Source: Parcubacteria group bacterium Gr01-1014_31 (GTDB taxonomy: Bacteria > Patescibacteriota > Patescibacteriia > Buchananbacterales > GWA2-38-13). From it: 64,000 bases of DNA. Under the pieces are notes generated by a model that did not search any database, had not been told where the DNA came from, and saw nothing but the letters and a program-made list of their open reading frames with translations. A program made the position numbers and the translations under genes. The stretch covers positions 206,554 to 270,553 of the forward strand of contig VMFR01000001.1 in the NCBI GenBank assembly GCA_007376135.1, written 5' to 3'. This document shows, one piece after another, positions 1 through 9,560 of this stretch (within the stretch, counting starts at the first letter, position 1; each line of letters begins with the position of its first letter).

Positions 1-491
1 GTGACAATGACATCCACGCCGCCCTGCTGCAACGCCGCAACCTCTGTGACGTTGGTGATGCCGCAATCCACGGTAATGACCAGCCGGTAACCATCCCCGA
101 CGATCTCGTTCGCGGCGGCGGCATTCAGGCCGTAGCCTTCCGTTTCGCGGAACGGCAAATACACTCCCGGAGCCGCGCCGAATGCCTCCAGCGAAGAGAC
201 CAACAGCGCGGCGGCGCACACGCCGTCGGCGTCGTAGTCGCCGTACACCAAAATGCGCTCACCGTTCTCCAGCGCCTGAACGACCCGCCCGACCGCGCGT
301 TCCATCGCCAAAAATTTGAACGGGTCGTGCACGTCGGTGCCGTAATCGGGCTGCAGGAATTCGTCGATCTGCGCCTGGGCGCGCAGGCCGCGGTTGTAGA
401 GCAATTGCAAAACCACCCCGTCGATCTCTGGGAAAGCGGCCCGAAATTCGGCCGGCGTCAGCGGGCTTACCTGCCATCGCTTTTTTGTCAT
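1..491 (-). CDS. recJ: Single-stranded-DNA-specific exonuclease RecJ, N-terminal DHH domain (3'-truncated by window edge; start codon at ~491..489)
   Basis: My translation of the minus strand (not in the ORF track because no stop lies in the window): MTKKRWQVSPLTPAEFRAAFPEIDGVVLQLLYNRGL...ILVYGDYDADGVCAAALL...VITVDCGI. This is the classic RecJ/DHH motif order DYDADG ... DCG. Confidence 0.7.
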   Translation of the reverse strand, partial: MTKKRWQVSPLTPAEFRAAFPEIDGVVLQLLYNRGLRAQAQIDEFLQPDYGTDVHDPFKFLAMERAVGRVVQALENGERILVYGDYDADGVCAAALLVSSLEAFGAAPGVYLPFRETEGYGLNAAAANEIVGDGYRLVITVDCGITNVTEVAALQQGGVDVIV

Positions 492-653
492 GGCGACATT
501 GTAGCACAAGCCCCGCAGGCGGTCCGCGGCAGGTCAAGGAAGGCATTTGACACCGCCGTAGACTCGGCCTACGATGGGGGCGGCGACCCCCGCGGCGGCA
601 TCGGTTTTCGCCGCACTTTTATCAGGGCACCGCCTGTGCTAGTCTGCCTGCGT

Positions 654-749
654 ATGAAAGCAAAAACGCGCAAAACCGTTTGGATCATCCTCAGCCTCAT
701 GGTGGCGGCGAGCATGGTCATTGCCTCGCTCACGCCGTTGTTCCTCTAA
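654..749 (+). CDS. 31-aa hydrophobic micro-protein (MKAKTRKTVWIILSLMVAASMVIASLTPLFL), possible small membrane peptide
   Basis: Short in-frame ATG..TAA inside ORF 327..749. It is a single predicted TM helix lying in the recJ upstream intergenic region. There is no homology evidence. Confidence 0.2.
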   Translation: MKAKTRKTVWIILSLMVAASMVIASLTPLFL

Positions 750-783
750 ACCGGCCGCTCTTAATAGAGAGAAGGAGTAGACA

Positions 784-1125
784 GTGTCTACCGCCGACGG
801 TCCACCGTCGGGTTTGCCGGACCCCGTTCCGGTACACCCGCAGCGCGAGCTGGACGATGCGCGGTCGCAACTCGCTACCGTCCGAAAGCTGCTGATCGAC
901 AAGCTCGCGGAAAGCAAATCCTCCTGGTGGAAGCGACGCCGCGCGCTCCAAGAACTGGCTGAGCAGCTAGCCGAACTGCTGCACCTGACCGATGAGGAGC
1001 TGCGCATTGCGGCTCCGGCGCCCGACGAGCGCGGGCCCAGTCTGATGGGCAAAACTGCCCAGATCATCCGCTCCTCCGCGACGCTCGAGTATTGGAAACG
1101 ACGCCGCAAAAAAGGGCCCGAATGA
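784..1125 (+). CDS. Hypothetical charged/coiled-coil protein (113 aa), GTG start
   Basis: ORF track 784..1125. AAGGAG Shine-Dalgarno 7 nt upstream of the GTG, and an intrinsic terminator immediately downstream. Confidence 0.5.
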   Translation: MSTADGPPSGLPDPVPVHPQRELDDARSQLATVRKLLIDKLAESKSSWWKRRRALQELAEQLAELLHLTDEELRIAAPAPDERGPSLMGKTAQIIRSSATLEYWKRRRKKGPE

Positions 1126-1130
1126 TCGCG

Positions 1131-1161
1131 CCCGCTGGCACCTCCGCCAGCGGGTTTTTTT
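1131..1161 (+). terminator. Rho-independent terminator (stem cccgctggc/gccagcggg, loop acctcc, T7 run)
   Basis: Perfect 9-bp inverted repeat followed by ttttttt, right after the stop at 1125. Confidence 0.6.
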
Positions 1162-1511
1162 GATTTCCGGCCGCAAGATCCCGAAATCAGCTCTTTCGGG
1201 GAAAGGACTGGGGAAGGTGCCACCGCCGCAGCGGGGTCCCGCCAGCGGCGGGAAATTGCGTGACGGAAATTAACCCCGCACCAATTTTGCCGATTTTTTA
1301 CTGCTGCATTTAGTATTCTTTGAATGATACGAGCAATCGCAGCCCGCGCGTGGCGAATAGCCACACTCCGCTGCCGGCGAAGCGGGCTGCCGTTGGCAGA
1401 CTCGCAAAATTGGTTGCTGGGTTAGTCATGCGCACGGCATCATACGTCCCTAGCTGCGTCGTTGCGCGAAAAATGCTATGCTGTTGGCAATTAAGATCTA
1501 ACCGGCCCTCT

Positions 1512-1892
1512 ATGAAATCACGCCGTCTTTTACTGGTGGAAGATGACGAATTTCTCGCCCGCTTGTTGAAGGAAAAATTGGAACAGGAACGCTGTCAGGT
1601 AACGCTCGCGGTGGACGGACAGCGCGCGCTCGACGCCCTGAAGACCGCGCCATTGCCCGAGGTCGTCATTCTTGACCTCATCCTCCCGGTGGTGGACGGT
1701 TTCGAGGTACTGCAGAACATCCGCTCCAATGACGACCCGGCGGTCAAAGCGCTTCCGGTCATCGTGCTGTCCAACCTCGGGTCGGCTCCGGATATCCAGC
1801 GCGTACGCGATCTTGGCGCCAACGAATACCTGGTCAAGGCGCAAATGACCCCTGGTGAGATCGTCGATCACGTTCTGCGCTTCACAAAATAA
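1512..1892 (+). CDS. Single-domain response regulator (CheY-like receiver)
   Basis: Internal Met of ORF 1320..1892: MKSRRLLLVEDDEFLARLL...VVILDLILPVVDGFEVL...K. It has the receiver D-D...D...K pattern and is a paralog of 14326..14715. Confidence 0.8.
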   Translation: MKSRRLLLVEDDEFLARLLKEKLEQERCQVTLAVDGQRALDALKTAPLPEVVILDLILPVVDGFEVLQNIRSNDDPAVKALPVIVLSNLGSAPDIQRVRDLGANEYLVKAQMTPGEIVDHVLRFTK

Positions 1893-2002
1893 CCCCGCCT
1901 GACCCCGTAGTACAACGGACCCCGCATACCCGCGGCGCAACCATTATCGTAGCTATTTACTATGCAGGCGAAAAACTGTTTTGACCGTTTGTCCTACCGG
2001 GT

Positions 2003-3613
2003 ATGCCGCACACGCCGCTGGCGCTCATCATCCTGGACGGCTGGGGTGTAGCGCCGCCCGGGCCGGGGAACGCCATCACCCAAGCCTCGACCTCCAACCT
2101 GGATCGCCTCGCGCGCGAGTACCCGCACGCCACCCTGGCGTCCAGCGGTATTGATGTCGGATTGATGTGGGGTGTGGTCGGCAATTCGGAGACCGGCCAC
2201 CTCAACATCGGCAGCGGTCGCGTCGTCTACCAGCACCTGCCGCGCATTCTTTTCGCCATCCGCGAAAAAAAGATATTCCAAAATCCGGCGCTGCTGATGA
2301 CCGTCAACTGGGTCAAGGCCCAACACCGGACCCTCCATGTGGCCGGCCTGGTCTCCTCGGGCACGGTGCACGGCTATATCGATATTCTCTACGCCATACT
2401 GGAACTCGCGCGCCGGGAACACGTGCCAAAGGTCGCGCTGCATCTATGGCTGGACGGGCGCGACAGCTACATCCGCGAAGGCGTCAAGGCGGTGGCCAAT
2501 ATCGAGCTGCGGCTTTCGGCGCTGCACTTGGGGAAAATAGCGACCATCATGGGCCGCAGCTTCGCGATGGACCGCAACGACAACTGGGCGAGGACCCAGT
2601 GCGCCTACGCCTGCATGGTGGAAAGCGACGGACGCAAGATCACTGATATCGGCGCGTACCTGCAGGCAAACTACGCGCTGGGGCTGACCGATGAGTTCAT
2701 TGAACCGGCCGTGGTCGTGGACGAACACGGTTCACCGGTCGGGCCGATCCAGCCCGGGGACGCGCTGGTGCTGATGAACTTCCGCGCCGACCGCGCGAGG
2801 CAGATCACGTCGGCGTTCGCCGACCCCGGCTTTGACCATTTCCACCGTCGCTACCTCGAACAGCTGCAGATCGTTACGATGACCGACTACGACCCGGATC
2901 TCCATGTCACCGTCGCGTTCCCGCAGGAGAACCTGAACGCAACCCTGGCCGAAGTCATCAGCCAGGCCGGGTTACGGCAGCTGCACATCGCGGAAACGGA
3001 AAAATATGCGCATGTAACGTATTTTTTTAACGGCCGCCGCGAATCGCCTTTCCCGGGCGAGGACCGCATTCTCATCCCCTCGCAACACTACGCCAGTTTT
3101 GAGAACACCCCGGAGATGCAGGCGCCGGAGATCACTGCGCACGTGCTGGAGGCGCTGCGGCGCGACCGCTACGATTGCTACATCATCAACTTCGCGAACG
3201 CCGACATGGTCGGCCACACCGGCAACCTGGCGGCAGCCATCAAAGCGGTGCAAGAGCTCGACCGCTCGGTCGGCGCCATCGTGGACGCGGTCGGCAATAC
3301 GCACCGCGGCGTCGCGCTCATAACCGGCGACCATGGCAACGCCGACCAGATGATCGACCCCGTCACCCACCAGCCCCGGCGCGAACACTCGCCCAACCCG
3401 GTCCCCCTCTACCTCGTCGGCAACGGCTTTCAACGCAACGGCAAAACCATCCCCGCGCCAAAAAAACACATCGGCCGTTTGGCCGACGTTGCGCCGACCA
3501 TTTTGGAACTTCTGTCCCTCTCCCAACCGCCGAAAATGACCGGCCACAGCTTGTTGCCCGCATTACTCGGCGACAACGGCCGCCGCCCCCTGCCCGCACC
3601 GACTCGACGCTAA
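2003..3613 (+). CDS. gpmI: 2,3-bisphosphoglycerate-independent phosphoglycerate mutase
   Basis: ORF track; motifs ILDGWG, NSETGHLNIG, and a metalloenzyme-superfamily C-terminal region (GDHGN). Confidence 0.9.
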   Translation: MPHTPLALIILDGWGVAPPGPGNAITQASTSNLDRLAREYPHATLASSGIDVGLMWGVVGNSETGHLNIGSGRVVYQHLPRILFAIREKKIFQNPALLMTVNWVKAQHRTLHVAGLVSSGTVHGYIDILYAILELARREHVPKVALHLWLDGRDSYIREGVKAVANIELRLSALHLGKIATIMGRSFAMDRNDNWARTQCAYACMVESDGRKITDIGAYLQANYALGLTDEFIEPAVVVDEHGSPVGPIQPGDALVLMNFRADRARQITSAFADPGFDHFHRRYLEQLQIVTMTDYDPDLHVTVAFPQENLNATLAEVISQAGLRQLHIAETEKYAHVTYFFNGRRESPFPGEDRILIPSQHYASFENTPEMQAPEITAHVLEALRRDRYDCYIINFANADMVGHTGNLAAAIKAVQELDRSVGAIVDAVGNTHRGVALITGDHGNADQMIDPVTHQPRREHSPNPVPLYLVGNGFQRNGKTIPAPKKHIGRLADVAPTILELLSLSQPPKMTGHSLLPALLGDNGRRPLPAPTRR

Positions 3614-3642
3614 GGCAGCAAGGACGCCCGTCCATCGAACGC

Positions 3643-4725
3643 ATGAATCCCGCGGTCAAGGATTTTCTGGAACGCAATGAACGGCGCATCGGCCTTGGCC
3701 TGATGGCGATGGGGTTTGGCATTGATAACTTGACCCTGAACCGTATCGACCTGCTGTTCGACAACCTCATCTTCTTTTTTTACCTTTCCATCGCGCTGAC
3801 GGCCATCTTTCTCACCAATGCCCACCAGGGCGGCGTGCTGCAGACCCGCTTCATTGCCAGGAACCACGCGTGGCTTCCTTTGCCGATGCAGTACGCCTTC
3901 GGCGGACTATTCAGCGGTTTTGTCGTCATTTACTCGCGCAGCGGCACCTGGGTAGCCAGCTGGATTTTTCTCAGCATTATGGCCGCCCTCCTGGTCGGCA
4001 ATGAATTCGCCAAAAACAACTACGTCCGCCTGGCCTACCACATCACCATCTTCTACACCGCGCTATTTTCGTTCGCCATCTTCTTTTTGCCAGTGCTCAC
4101 CCGGCGCATGGGCACGGGGATGTTCCTGCTGAGCGGAGCAACCAGCCTCGCGACCATTGCCGTCATTCTCTTCGCTTTGGCCAAACTCACGCCCGCGGTC
4201 TTTCTGCGCGCCCGCGTAAAGGCATATACCGGCATCGCTGCGGTCTTTCTGCTGTTCAACGTCCTCTACTTCACCAACGTCATCCCTCCCGTCCCGCTCT
4301 CGCTGAAGCAGATCGGCGTCTACCATGCCGTCGGCAAGAATCCCCTCGGCTATTCCGCTTTGGTGGAGCCCCCTCCCTGGCACCGGTTCTATGAAGACAC
4401 GAGCCGGGTCTTTAACCGCTACGGCAACGAGCCGGTCTTTGTTTTCAGCTCGGTCTTCGCGCCCACCGACCTGAAAGCACCAATTTTTCATCGCTGGTCC
4501 TTCTACAATCAGCAATTGCGCAAATGGACAGTGACCGACCGCTTGTCGTTCTCGATATTGGGCGGGCGAGACGGCGGGTACCGCGGCTACTCCCAGAAGC
4601 GGAATGTTGCACCGGGCCGATGGCGCGTAGATGTGGTAACCAGCCGCGGCCAGCTCATCGGGTATGTCACCTTTTCGGTGGTTACTGCCGACGTTATTCC
4701 CGGAACAAAACGGGTTACCCTTTGA
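3643..4725 (+). CDS. Polytopic membrane protein with soluble C-terminal domain (DUF2914-like)
   Basis: Internal Met (MNPAVKDFLERNERRIGLG...) of ORF 3175..4725. The upstream 155 codons are a high-GC read-through that overlaps gpmI. Multiple TM helices precede a C-terminal ...WRVDVVTSRGQLIGYVTF... domain. Confidence 0.6.
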   Translation: MNPAVKDFLERNERRIGLGLMAMGFGIDNLTLNRIDLLFDNLIFFFYLSIALTAIFLTNAHQGGVLQTRFIARNHAWLPLPMQYAFGGLFSGFVVIYSRSGTWVASWIFLSIMAALLVGNEFAKNNYVRLAYHITIFYTALFSFAIFFLPVLTRRMGTGMFLLSGATSLATIAVILFALAKLTPAVFLRARVKAYTGIAAVFLLFNVLYFTNVIPPVPLSLKQIGVYHAVGKNPLGYSALVEPPPWHRFYEDTSRVFNRYGNEPVFVFSSVFAPTDLKAPIFHRWSFYNQQLRKWTVTDRLSFSILGGRDGGYRGYSQKRNVAPGRWRVDVVTSRGQLIGYVTFSVVTADVIPGTKRVTL

Positions 4726-4867
4726 GCTCGTTAAATTCCTGAGCACCAACTGCTGAGTTTTGGCGTAGCGGAAATCCGGCAGGATACCATAACAACGCAC
4801 CCCCTCCATTCGGGGGTGCGTTGTATCGAGCGTCGGCAACGCTCTCGCAAAGAACGGCGTTCTCGGT

Positions 4868-6895
4868 CTAGCTTGCCAACTCGTCGCAGTGCCCTGGACC
4901 AGTGAGGCCTTCGTTATAGCTGCCCAGGATCCCCGCGAGGTCAATGAACTGCTTACGAGTCGCGCTATTGCCCTTCATCGCGGCAACTTGTGCCGGCGTG
5001 TATGCGTTGAACAGGGCAGTTGCATCGTCGATCGCAGTCTGTATATCGACGGGAACCGATGCGCCATTGTTGGCGTTCAGGACGGCGGCCATGTACTGGT
5101 GCGCCAAGTTGTAGTACGTGTTGCCTTTTGGCGCGGCCCAGAACACTTCGTACCACGTCTGGACGCTGAGGAAGAACACGGCGTCCGGCCCACCGACGGA
5201 ATCCCAATTGTCATCGGGATGAGCCGCCGGGCCGTACGTTGAATGCGTCTTCCAGTACCCTTGCGTCAAGGTGCAGCCCTGGAAGCAATTGACGGTCACG
5301 TGCACATTCCAGTCGTCCTGACCGGTCTCCTGAGTGTCATGAGTGAGGAATCGTGCAACGTTGGGCCAATCAATTTCTCCACACGTCACCGCGACATCAA
5401 CCCCCTCTCCGTCGGCCGGTCCGAACGTCACCTGATACTCGATCACCTTATCGATGGTATCTTGACAGACGACCACGCCCTGCGGACCGTTGGGGTTAGA
5501 ATCATTGACCGTGATGCACTCATCGGTCACATTGGCCGGAGCGCCCCAGGTGACCGCGGCAGTGTCCGAGCCACCGGGGACAACACCGCTCGTGCTGACC
5601 GTTGCTTCATTCTCGGTGTCATTCGGACTGGCGCCGTTCTTGGTGTAGGTGCAGACCAAGCTCTGGCCGCCAACGAGCGTGTGCGGGAAGCCAAGAAAAG
5701 TCGCGTCGCCGGTGCAATCAACCGCGGCAGCTCCCGATGCATCCAGCATATCACTCATGCCCGTGATGGTGGCATTGGGATTGCCCACCGGGTTCGTGGT
5801 GGTAATGGTACCGATGACCGTATGGTTGAGGTCTTCGGATGTCTGGTTTACCGCCACGGCGTAATTGACCGTGAAGCTTTCGCCTTCCGCCAGAACAAGG
5901 TCCGTTTGGTCGGCACGTTTGTCGATGGTCCAATCCCAGTCACGGTCGTACCTCGTCTCGGCCGTCTTTTCCACCACTAATGGGCTGACGACCCGGACGG
6001 TTGCCTGCGCCCGCTCATCCTGGTCACACCGTACCCCTTCTGGAGGGCTTTGCGGGTCTTGGCACCACGTCACATTGATGCCGTTCGGATCAAGGCCCCG
6101 ACCGGTCGCGGTATTGGTGGTATCGGCGTTAATGACCATGGCACACGTGTACAGCCATGCTTCGCCTTGGTCGAGCACGCCGTTCGCGTTGGTATCCCCG
6201 TCGTTGAATCCGTTCGCCGGCGCCACATCGACGCCTGTAACCGGAGCGCACATATCGTCCACGACGGAAGGCAACGTCAGCGGCACATCACCGTCGTTCC
6301 TTTCCGTGTACGTGTAGGTCACCAAGGTACCGGCGACCACGGCGGTCTGATCCGCCTGCTTGGCGAGCACCGTGCTCGGATGAATGACGGTCTTGCTCAA
6401 CGTGTCATGATCGGATGCCACTTCCTCGTCCGCATCCTGGTGCAAAATTCCGGCAATATCGAAGAGCGCCGTCACGCTGTTCCCTACCTCATTCGCGTGG
6501 TTCACGGTATAGGTGTAGGGGCCAGCCGCACATCCTGCCCCGCCAGGGCAGCTAATGCTATCCCCGACGTTCAGCGTTGTACCGACCAAAACATTCACCA
6601 CGCTGCCGTTCGGCAACGTGATATCCGCATTTGCGCCGGTAATGTTACAAGGCGCGACCGGACCCGCTTCATCGGGATCCGAGTTGACGTAGATAACCGA
6701 GTAGGTTATCACGTCTCCGTCATACGCGCTTCCCGCGGGGGAAACGATCGACGGAAACTGCTGCAAGCCGCTCGCATTACAGCTCGCAGGATCTTGGTGC
6801 GCCTGTGCTTGAGGCGATACCAGTGCGAATAACGCGAGCAGCGGTGCCATGAGCCGTGCACCAACCGACCAGGCGCGAGGTACGTTTTTATGCAT
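4868..6895 (-). CDS. Large secreted multidomain protein (675 aa) with signal peptide, DUF11-like conserved repeat domains and an uncharacterised Cys-containing C-terminal domain
   Basis: ORF track. N-terminus MHKNVPRAWSVGARLMAPLLALFALVSPQAQA is signal-like. Repeated TYTYTxxNxGxV/LT-type segments are typical of DUF11. Confidence 0.7.
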   Translation of the reverse strand: MHKNVPRAWSVGARLMAPLLALFALVSPQAQAHQDPASCNASGLQQFPSIVSPAGSAYDGDVITYSVIYVNSDPDEAGPVAPCNITGANADITLPNGSVVNVLVGTTLNVGDSISCPGGAGCAAGPYTYTVNHANEVGNSVTALFDIAGILHQDADEEVASDHDTLSKTVIHPSTVLAKQADQTAVVAGTLVTYTYTERNDGDVPLTLPSVVDDMCAPVTGVDVAPANGFNDGDTNANGVLDQGEAWLYTCAMVINADTTNTATGRGLDPNGINVTWCQDPQSPPEGVRCDQDERAQATVRVVSPLVVEKTAETRYDRDWDWTIDKRADQTDLVLAEGESFTVNYAVAVNQTSEDLNHTVIGTITTTNPVGNPNATITGMSDMLDASGAAAVDCTGDATFLGFPHTLVGGQSLVCTYTKNGASPNDTENEATVSTSGVVPGGSDTAAVTWGAPANVTDECITVNDSNPNGPQGVVVCQDTIDKVIEYQVTFGPADGEGVDVAVTCGEIDWPNVARFLTHDTQETGQDDWNVHVTVNCFQGCTLTQGYWKTHSTYGPAAHPDDNWDSVGGPDAVFFLSVQTWYEVFWAAPKGNTYYNLAHQYMAAVLNANNGASVPVDIQTAIDDATALFNAYTPAQVAAMKGNSATRKQFIDLAGILGSYNEGLTGPGHCDELAS

Positions 6896-7116
6896 ACGTG
6901 TGATTTCTTATTTATTAATCGGCATATTTTCACCGACGGAGAAATATGCCCACCACCACTTTTCGACCTTTATCTATATGACGTAAGAAATCACAAATTT
7001 TAATTGCCCAGGAACGGCGAGCGTGGTACCGACGAATCTTTGCCAACGTAAGCCATTTTTTCAGGCCCAACTTACAACAAAAAAACGGCGGGGCCATACC
7101 TCGCCGGTCATTCCCC

Positions 7117-7287
7117 ATCACCGGCGGCCGCGACGGCGGGTGCCGCGTCTTTTCGCTCAAGCGGAATATCCAGAACGGCAAATGGCGCGTTGACGTCGTC
7201 ACGAGCCGCGGCCAACTCATCGCGTACGTCACCTTCTGGGCCACCAGCTCCCCGCAGACCACCATCACCACACCGGTCACGCTCTAG
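7117..7287 (+). pseudogene. Decayed duplicate of the 3' end of the DUF2914-like gene (3643..4725)
   Basis: My translation ...ITGGRDGGCRVFSLKRNIQNGKWRVDVVTSRGQLIAYVTFWATSSPQTTITTPVTL* aligns with the C-terminus of 3643..4725 (ILGGRDGGYRGYSQKRNVAPGRWRVDVVTSRGQLIGYVTFSVVTADVIPGTKRVTL*). No upstream start or body is present. Confidence 0.5.
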
Positions 7288-7632
7288 CGCACGATGAAAA
7301 AGCCGAGAACGGCGGATGCCCGAAGGCAATCTGTCGTTCTCGGCGGCTCGTTGCGTAGCGTTCTTCTCGGCTACTTGGCGGTGCGTCTCACGTACCGGAA
7401 GAGAACCTTTTTGGCCATGGCTCGTTTCTCCCGTCAGCAGTTGGGTGTTGTTGTGACAGAACAATGAACTTTCGTCTCGGCGTATCCGCTGGGGCGGATA
7501 GACCGCCTCCGGCACTCCGGAGGACCATCAGACAATCAAATGGGCCTCCTTTCCGCTCGGCATGAGCAAAAGAACGCGTCGGTACCCAAATTGTAGGAAA
7601 ACCGCGAGGCAATTGCAATCATCGCCATCCAC

Positions 7633-9423
7633 TCACCGCTTCAGCACGGACAAGTACGCTTCCGCGGGCACTTCCACCCGGCCCACGCCGGCGGCCATCA
7701 TCTTCTTCTTGCCCTTCTTCTGTTTCTCTAAAAGCTTGCGTTTGCGGGTGTAGTCGCCGCCCGACAGCTTGACCGTCACGTCCTTGCGCAGCGCGGAGAT
7801 GCGCTCCGCGGCAATGACCCGGCCGGTAACCGACGCCTGCAGCTTGATAACGAACTGGTGTTTCGGAATGGTCTCTTTCAGCTTGGCGACGATGCGCTTC
7901 CCCACCTCGTAGGCCTCATCGCGGTACACCAGGCTGGCGAGCGACTCCTCCGGATCATCCGCGACCATAATATCCAGCCGCACCACTTCGCACGGCCGGT
8001 ACGAATCGAACTCGTAATTCAACGACGCGTACCCGGCGGAAATGCCTTTCAGCTTGTCGTAGAAATCCACGAGCAACTGCGTCAACGGGATGCGGTAATG
8101 GAGTACCGCCAATTCGTCATCCAGGTACTCGGTGGTCTGGTACTCGCCGCGGCGCGACGAGACCATCTGCATCACCCCGCCCAGGTACTCTTTCGGCGTC
8201 ACAACGTCCAGCCGCATCACCGGTTCCAACACCTGCTGGTAACGGTCGGCGGACGGCAGTTGCTGCGGGGAACGGATGATGGTCGTAGCACCCTGCGTGT
8301 CCACGACCTGGTACGCGACCGACGGCACCGTCACCACCACATCTTGCCCGTACTCGCGGCGCAGCCGTTCTTGAACTATCTCCAAATGGAGCAGCCCCAA
8401 CAGCCCGCAACGGAACCCGTATCCCAGCGCGGGAGAATGCTCGGGTTCGTACTGCAAGGCGGAATCCGATAGCGCAAGTTTTTCCAACGCGGAGCGCAAA
8501 TGCGGGTAGTCGTCCCCCTCACGGCAAAAGAACCCCGCGAACACCATCGGCTTGACCTGACGGTACCCGGGCAGCGGGGACTGATCGGCACGCAAGGTTA
8601 CGGTATCGCCGACCCGGCAGTCAGCCACGTGCTTCAGACCGGTTGCCAGGTACCCGATCTCTCCGGCGGTCAGTAAATCGCCTCGCTTGAGCTCCGGCGC
8701 GAACGTTCCGACCTCGATAATGTCCGAATCCTTGCCGGTGGCCAGAAAACGCACGGTCTGTCCGGCGGAAACTTGCCCGTCCACCACCCGCACATAGGCG
8801 ATGACGCCCCGGTAGTCGTCGAATTTTGAATCAAAAATGAGCGCGCGCAACTCCGGTATCTTTCCGGGATTCGGCGGCGGTACCCGCTCGATGACCGCGC
8901 TCAAGAGCGCTTCCGCGCCCAGGCCGGTCTTGCCCGAGATCTTGAGCACCTCTTCGGGCTTGACGCCCAGCAGCCGCACCAGCTCATTGACCGAACGGTC
9001 CACCTGTGCCGCGGGCAGGTCGATCTTGTTAACGACCGGAATGATGGTCAGGTTCTGCTCCATTGCCAGGTAGAGGTTGGCGAGCGTCTGCGCCTGGATG
9101 CCTTGCGTCGCGTCCACCAGCAAGATAGCGCCCTCCACGGCCGCCAGGCTCCGCGATACTTCGTAGGTGAAATCCACGTGCCCGGGCGTATCGATGAGAT
9201 TCAGTTCGAACAGCTTTCCCTGGAGGCGGTATTGCATCCTAACTGGCTGCAGCTTAATGGTAATGCCCCGTTCGCGTTCCAGGTCCATCATGTCGAGCAT
9301 CTGCGCCTTGAGGTGGCGCTTCTCGACCGTTCCCGTCATTTCTAAAAAGCGGTCGGCCAGGGTGGACTTCCCGTGGTCGACGTGCGCGATGATGCAAAAA
9401 TTACGGATGTGTGCGGTGTCCAT
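7633..9423 (-). CDS. lepA: Elongation factor 4 (LepA)
   Basis: ORF track; N-terminus IRNFCIIAHVDHGKSTLADR (GTPase G1) and the LepA-specific C-terminus. Confidence 0.95.
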   Translation of the reverse strand: MDTAHIRNFCIIAHVDHGKSTLADRFLEMTGTVEKRHLKAQMLDMMDLERERGITIKLQPVRMQYRLQGKLFELNLIDTPGHVDFTYEVSRSLAAVEGAILLVDATQGIQAQTLANLYLAMEQNLTIIPVVNKIDLPAAQVDRSVNELVRLLGVKPEEVLKISGKTGLGAEALLSAVIERVPPPNPGKIPELRALIFDSKFDDYRGVIAYVRVVDGQVSAGQTVRFLATGKDSDIIEVGTFAPELKRGDLLTAGEIGYLATGLKHVADCRVGDTVTLRADQSPLPGYRQVKPMVFAGFFCREGDDYPHLRSALEKLALSDSALQYEPEHSPALGYGFRCGLLGLLHLEIVQERLRREYGQDVVVTVPSVAYQVVDTQGATTIIRSPQQLPSADRYQQVLEPVMRLDVVTPKEYLGGVMQMVSSRRGEYQTTEYLDDELAVLHYRIPLTQLLVDFYDKLKGISAGYASLNYEFDSYRPCEVVRLDIMVADDPEESLASLVYRDEAYEVGKRIVAKLKETIPKHQFVIKLQASVTGRVIAAERISALRKDVTVKLSGGDYTRKRKLLEKQKKGKKKMMAAGVGRVEVPAEAYLSVLKR

Positions 9424-9560
9424 AGTACGACGTAGAATTCAAACTGTACCAACAATCCTTCGTCCTGTCGAGGTTACAGAAGCAAGTATCAAGAAGTAAG
9501 GAGCAAGGGAAAAACAATCCGACACCTTGATTCCTGATTCTGAATTCTAGTTTCTCCCGC

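Noticed and set aside
327-1364. ORFs 327..749 (+), 259..546 (-) and 639..1364 (-) in the ORF track
   Set aside because: They are antisense to, or out of frame with, the recJ N-terminus and the small-gene region. They have high-GC nonsense composition (Arg/Ala/Gly/Pro-rich) with no signals. Only the 654..749 and 784..1125 sub-ORFs were kept.
3175-3642. 5' extension of ORF 3175..4725 overlapping gpmI
   Set aside because: This is a frame-shifted read-through of the gpmI coding region with Arg/Pro/Gly-rich composition. The plausible start is the Met at 3643.
4063-6832. Long antisense ORFs (4063..4944, 5243..5980, 5865..6317, 6050..6832)
   Set aside because: They are opposite the well-supported 4868..6895 secreted-protein gene or overlap the DUF2914 gene. 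They are typical high-GC shadow ORFs.
7371-7418. 15-aa minus-strand ORF MAKKVLFRYVRRTAK with a GGGAGA SD-like sequence
   Set aside because: It is too short, and I do not recognise it as any ribosomal or leader peptide. It was noted only in case lepA-downstream regulation is of interest.
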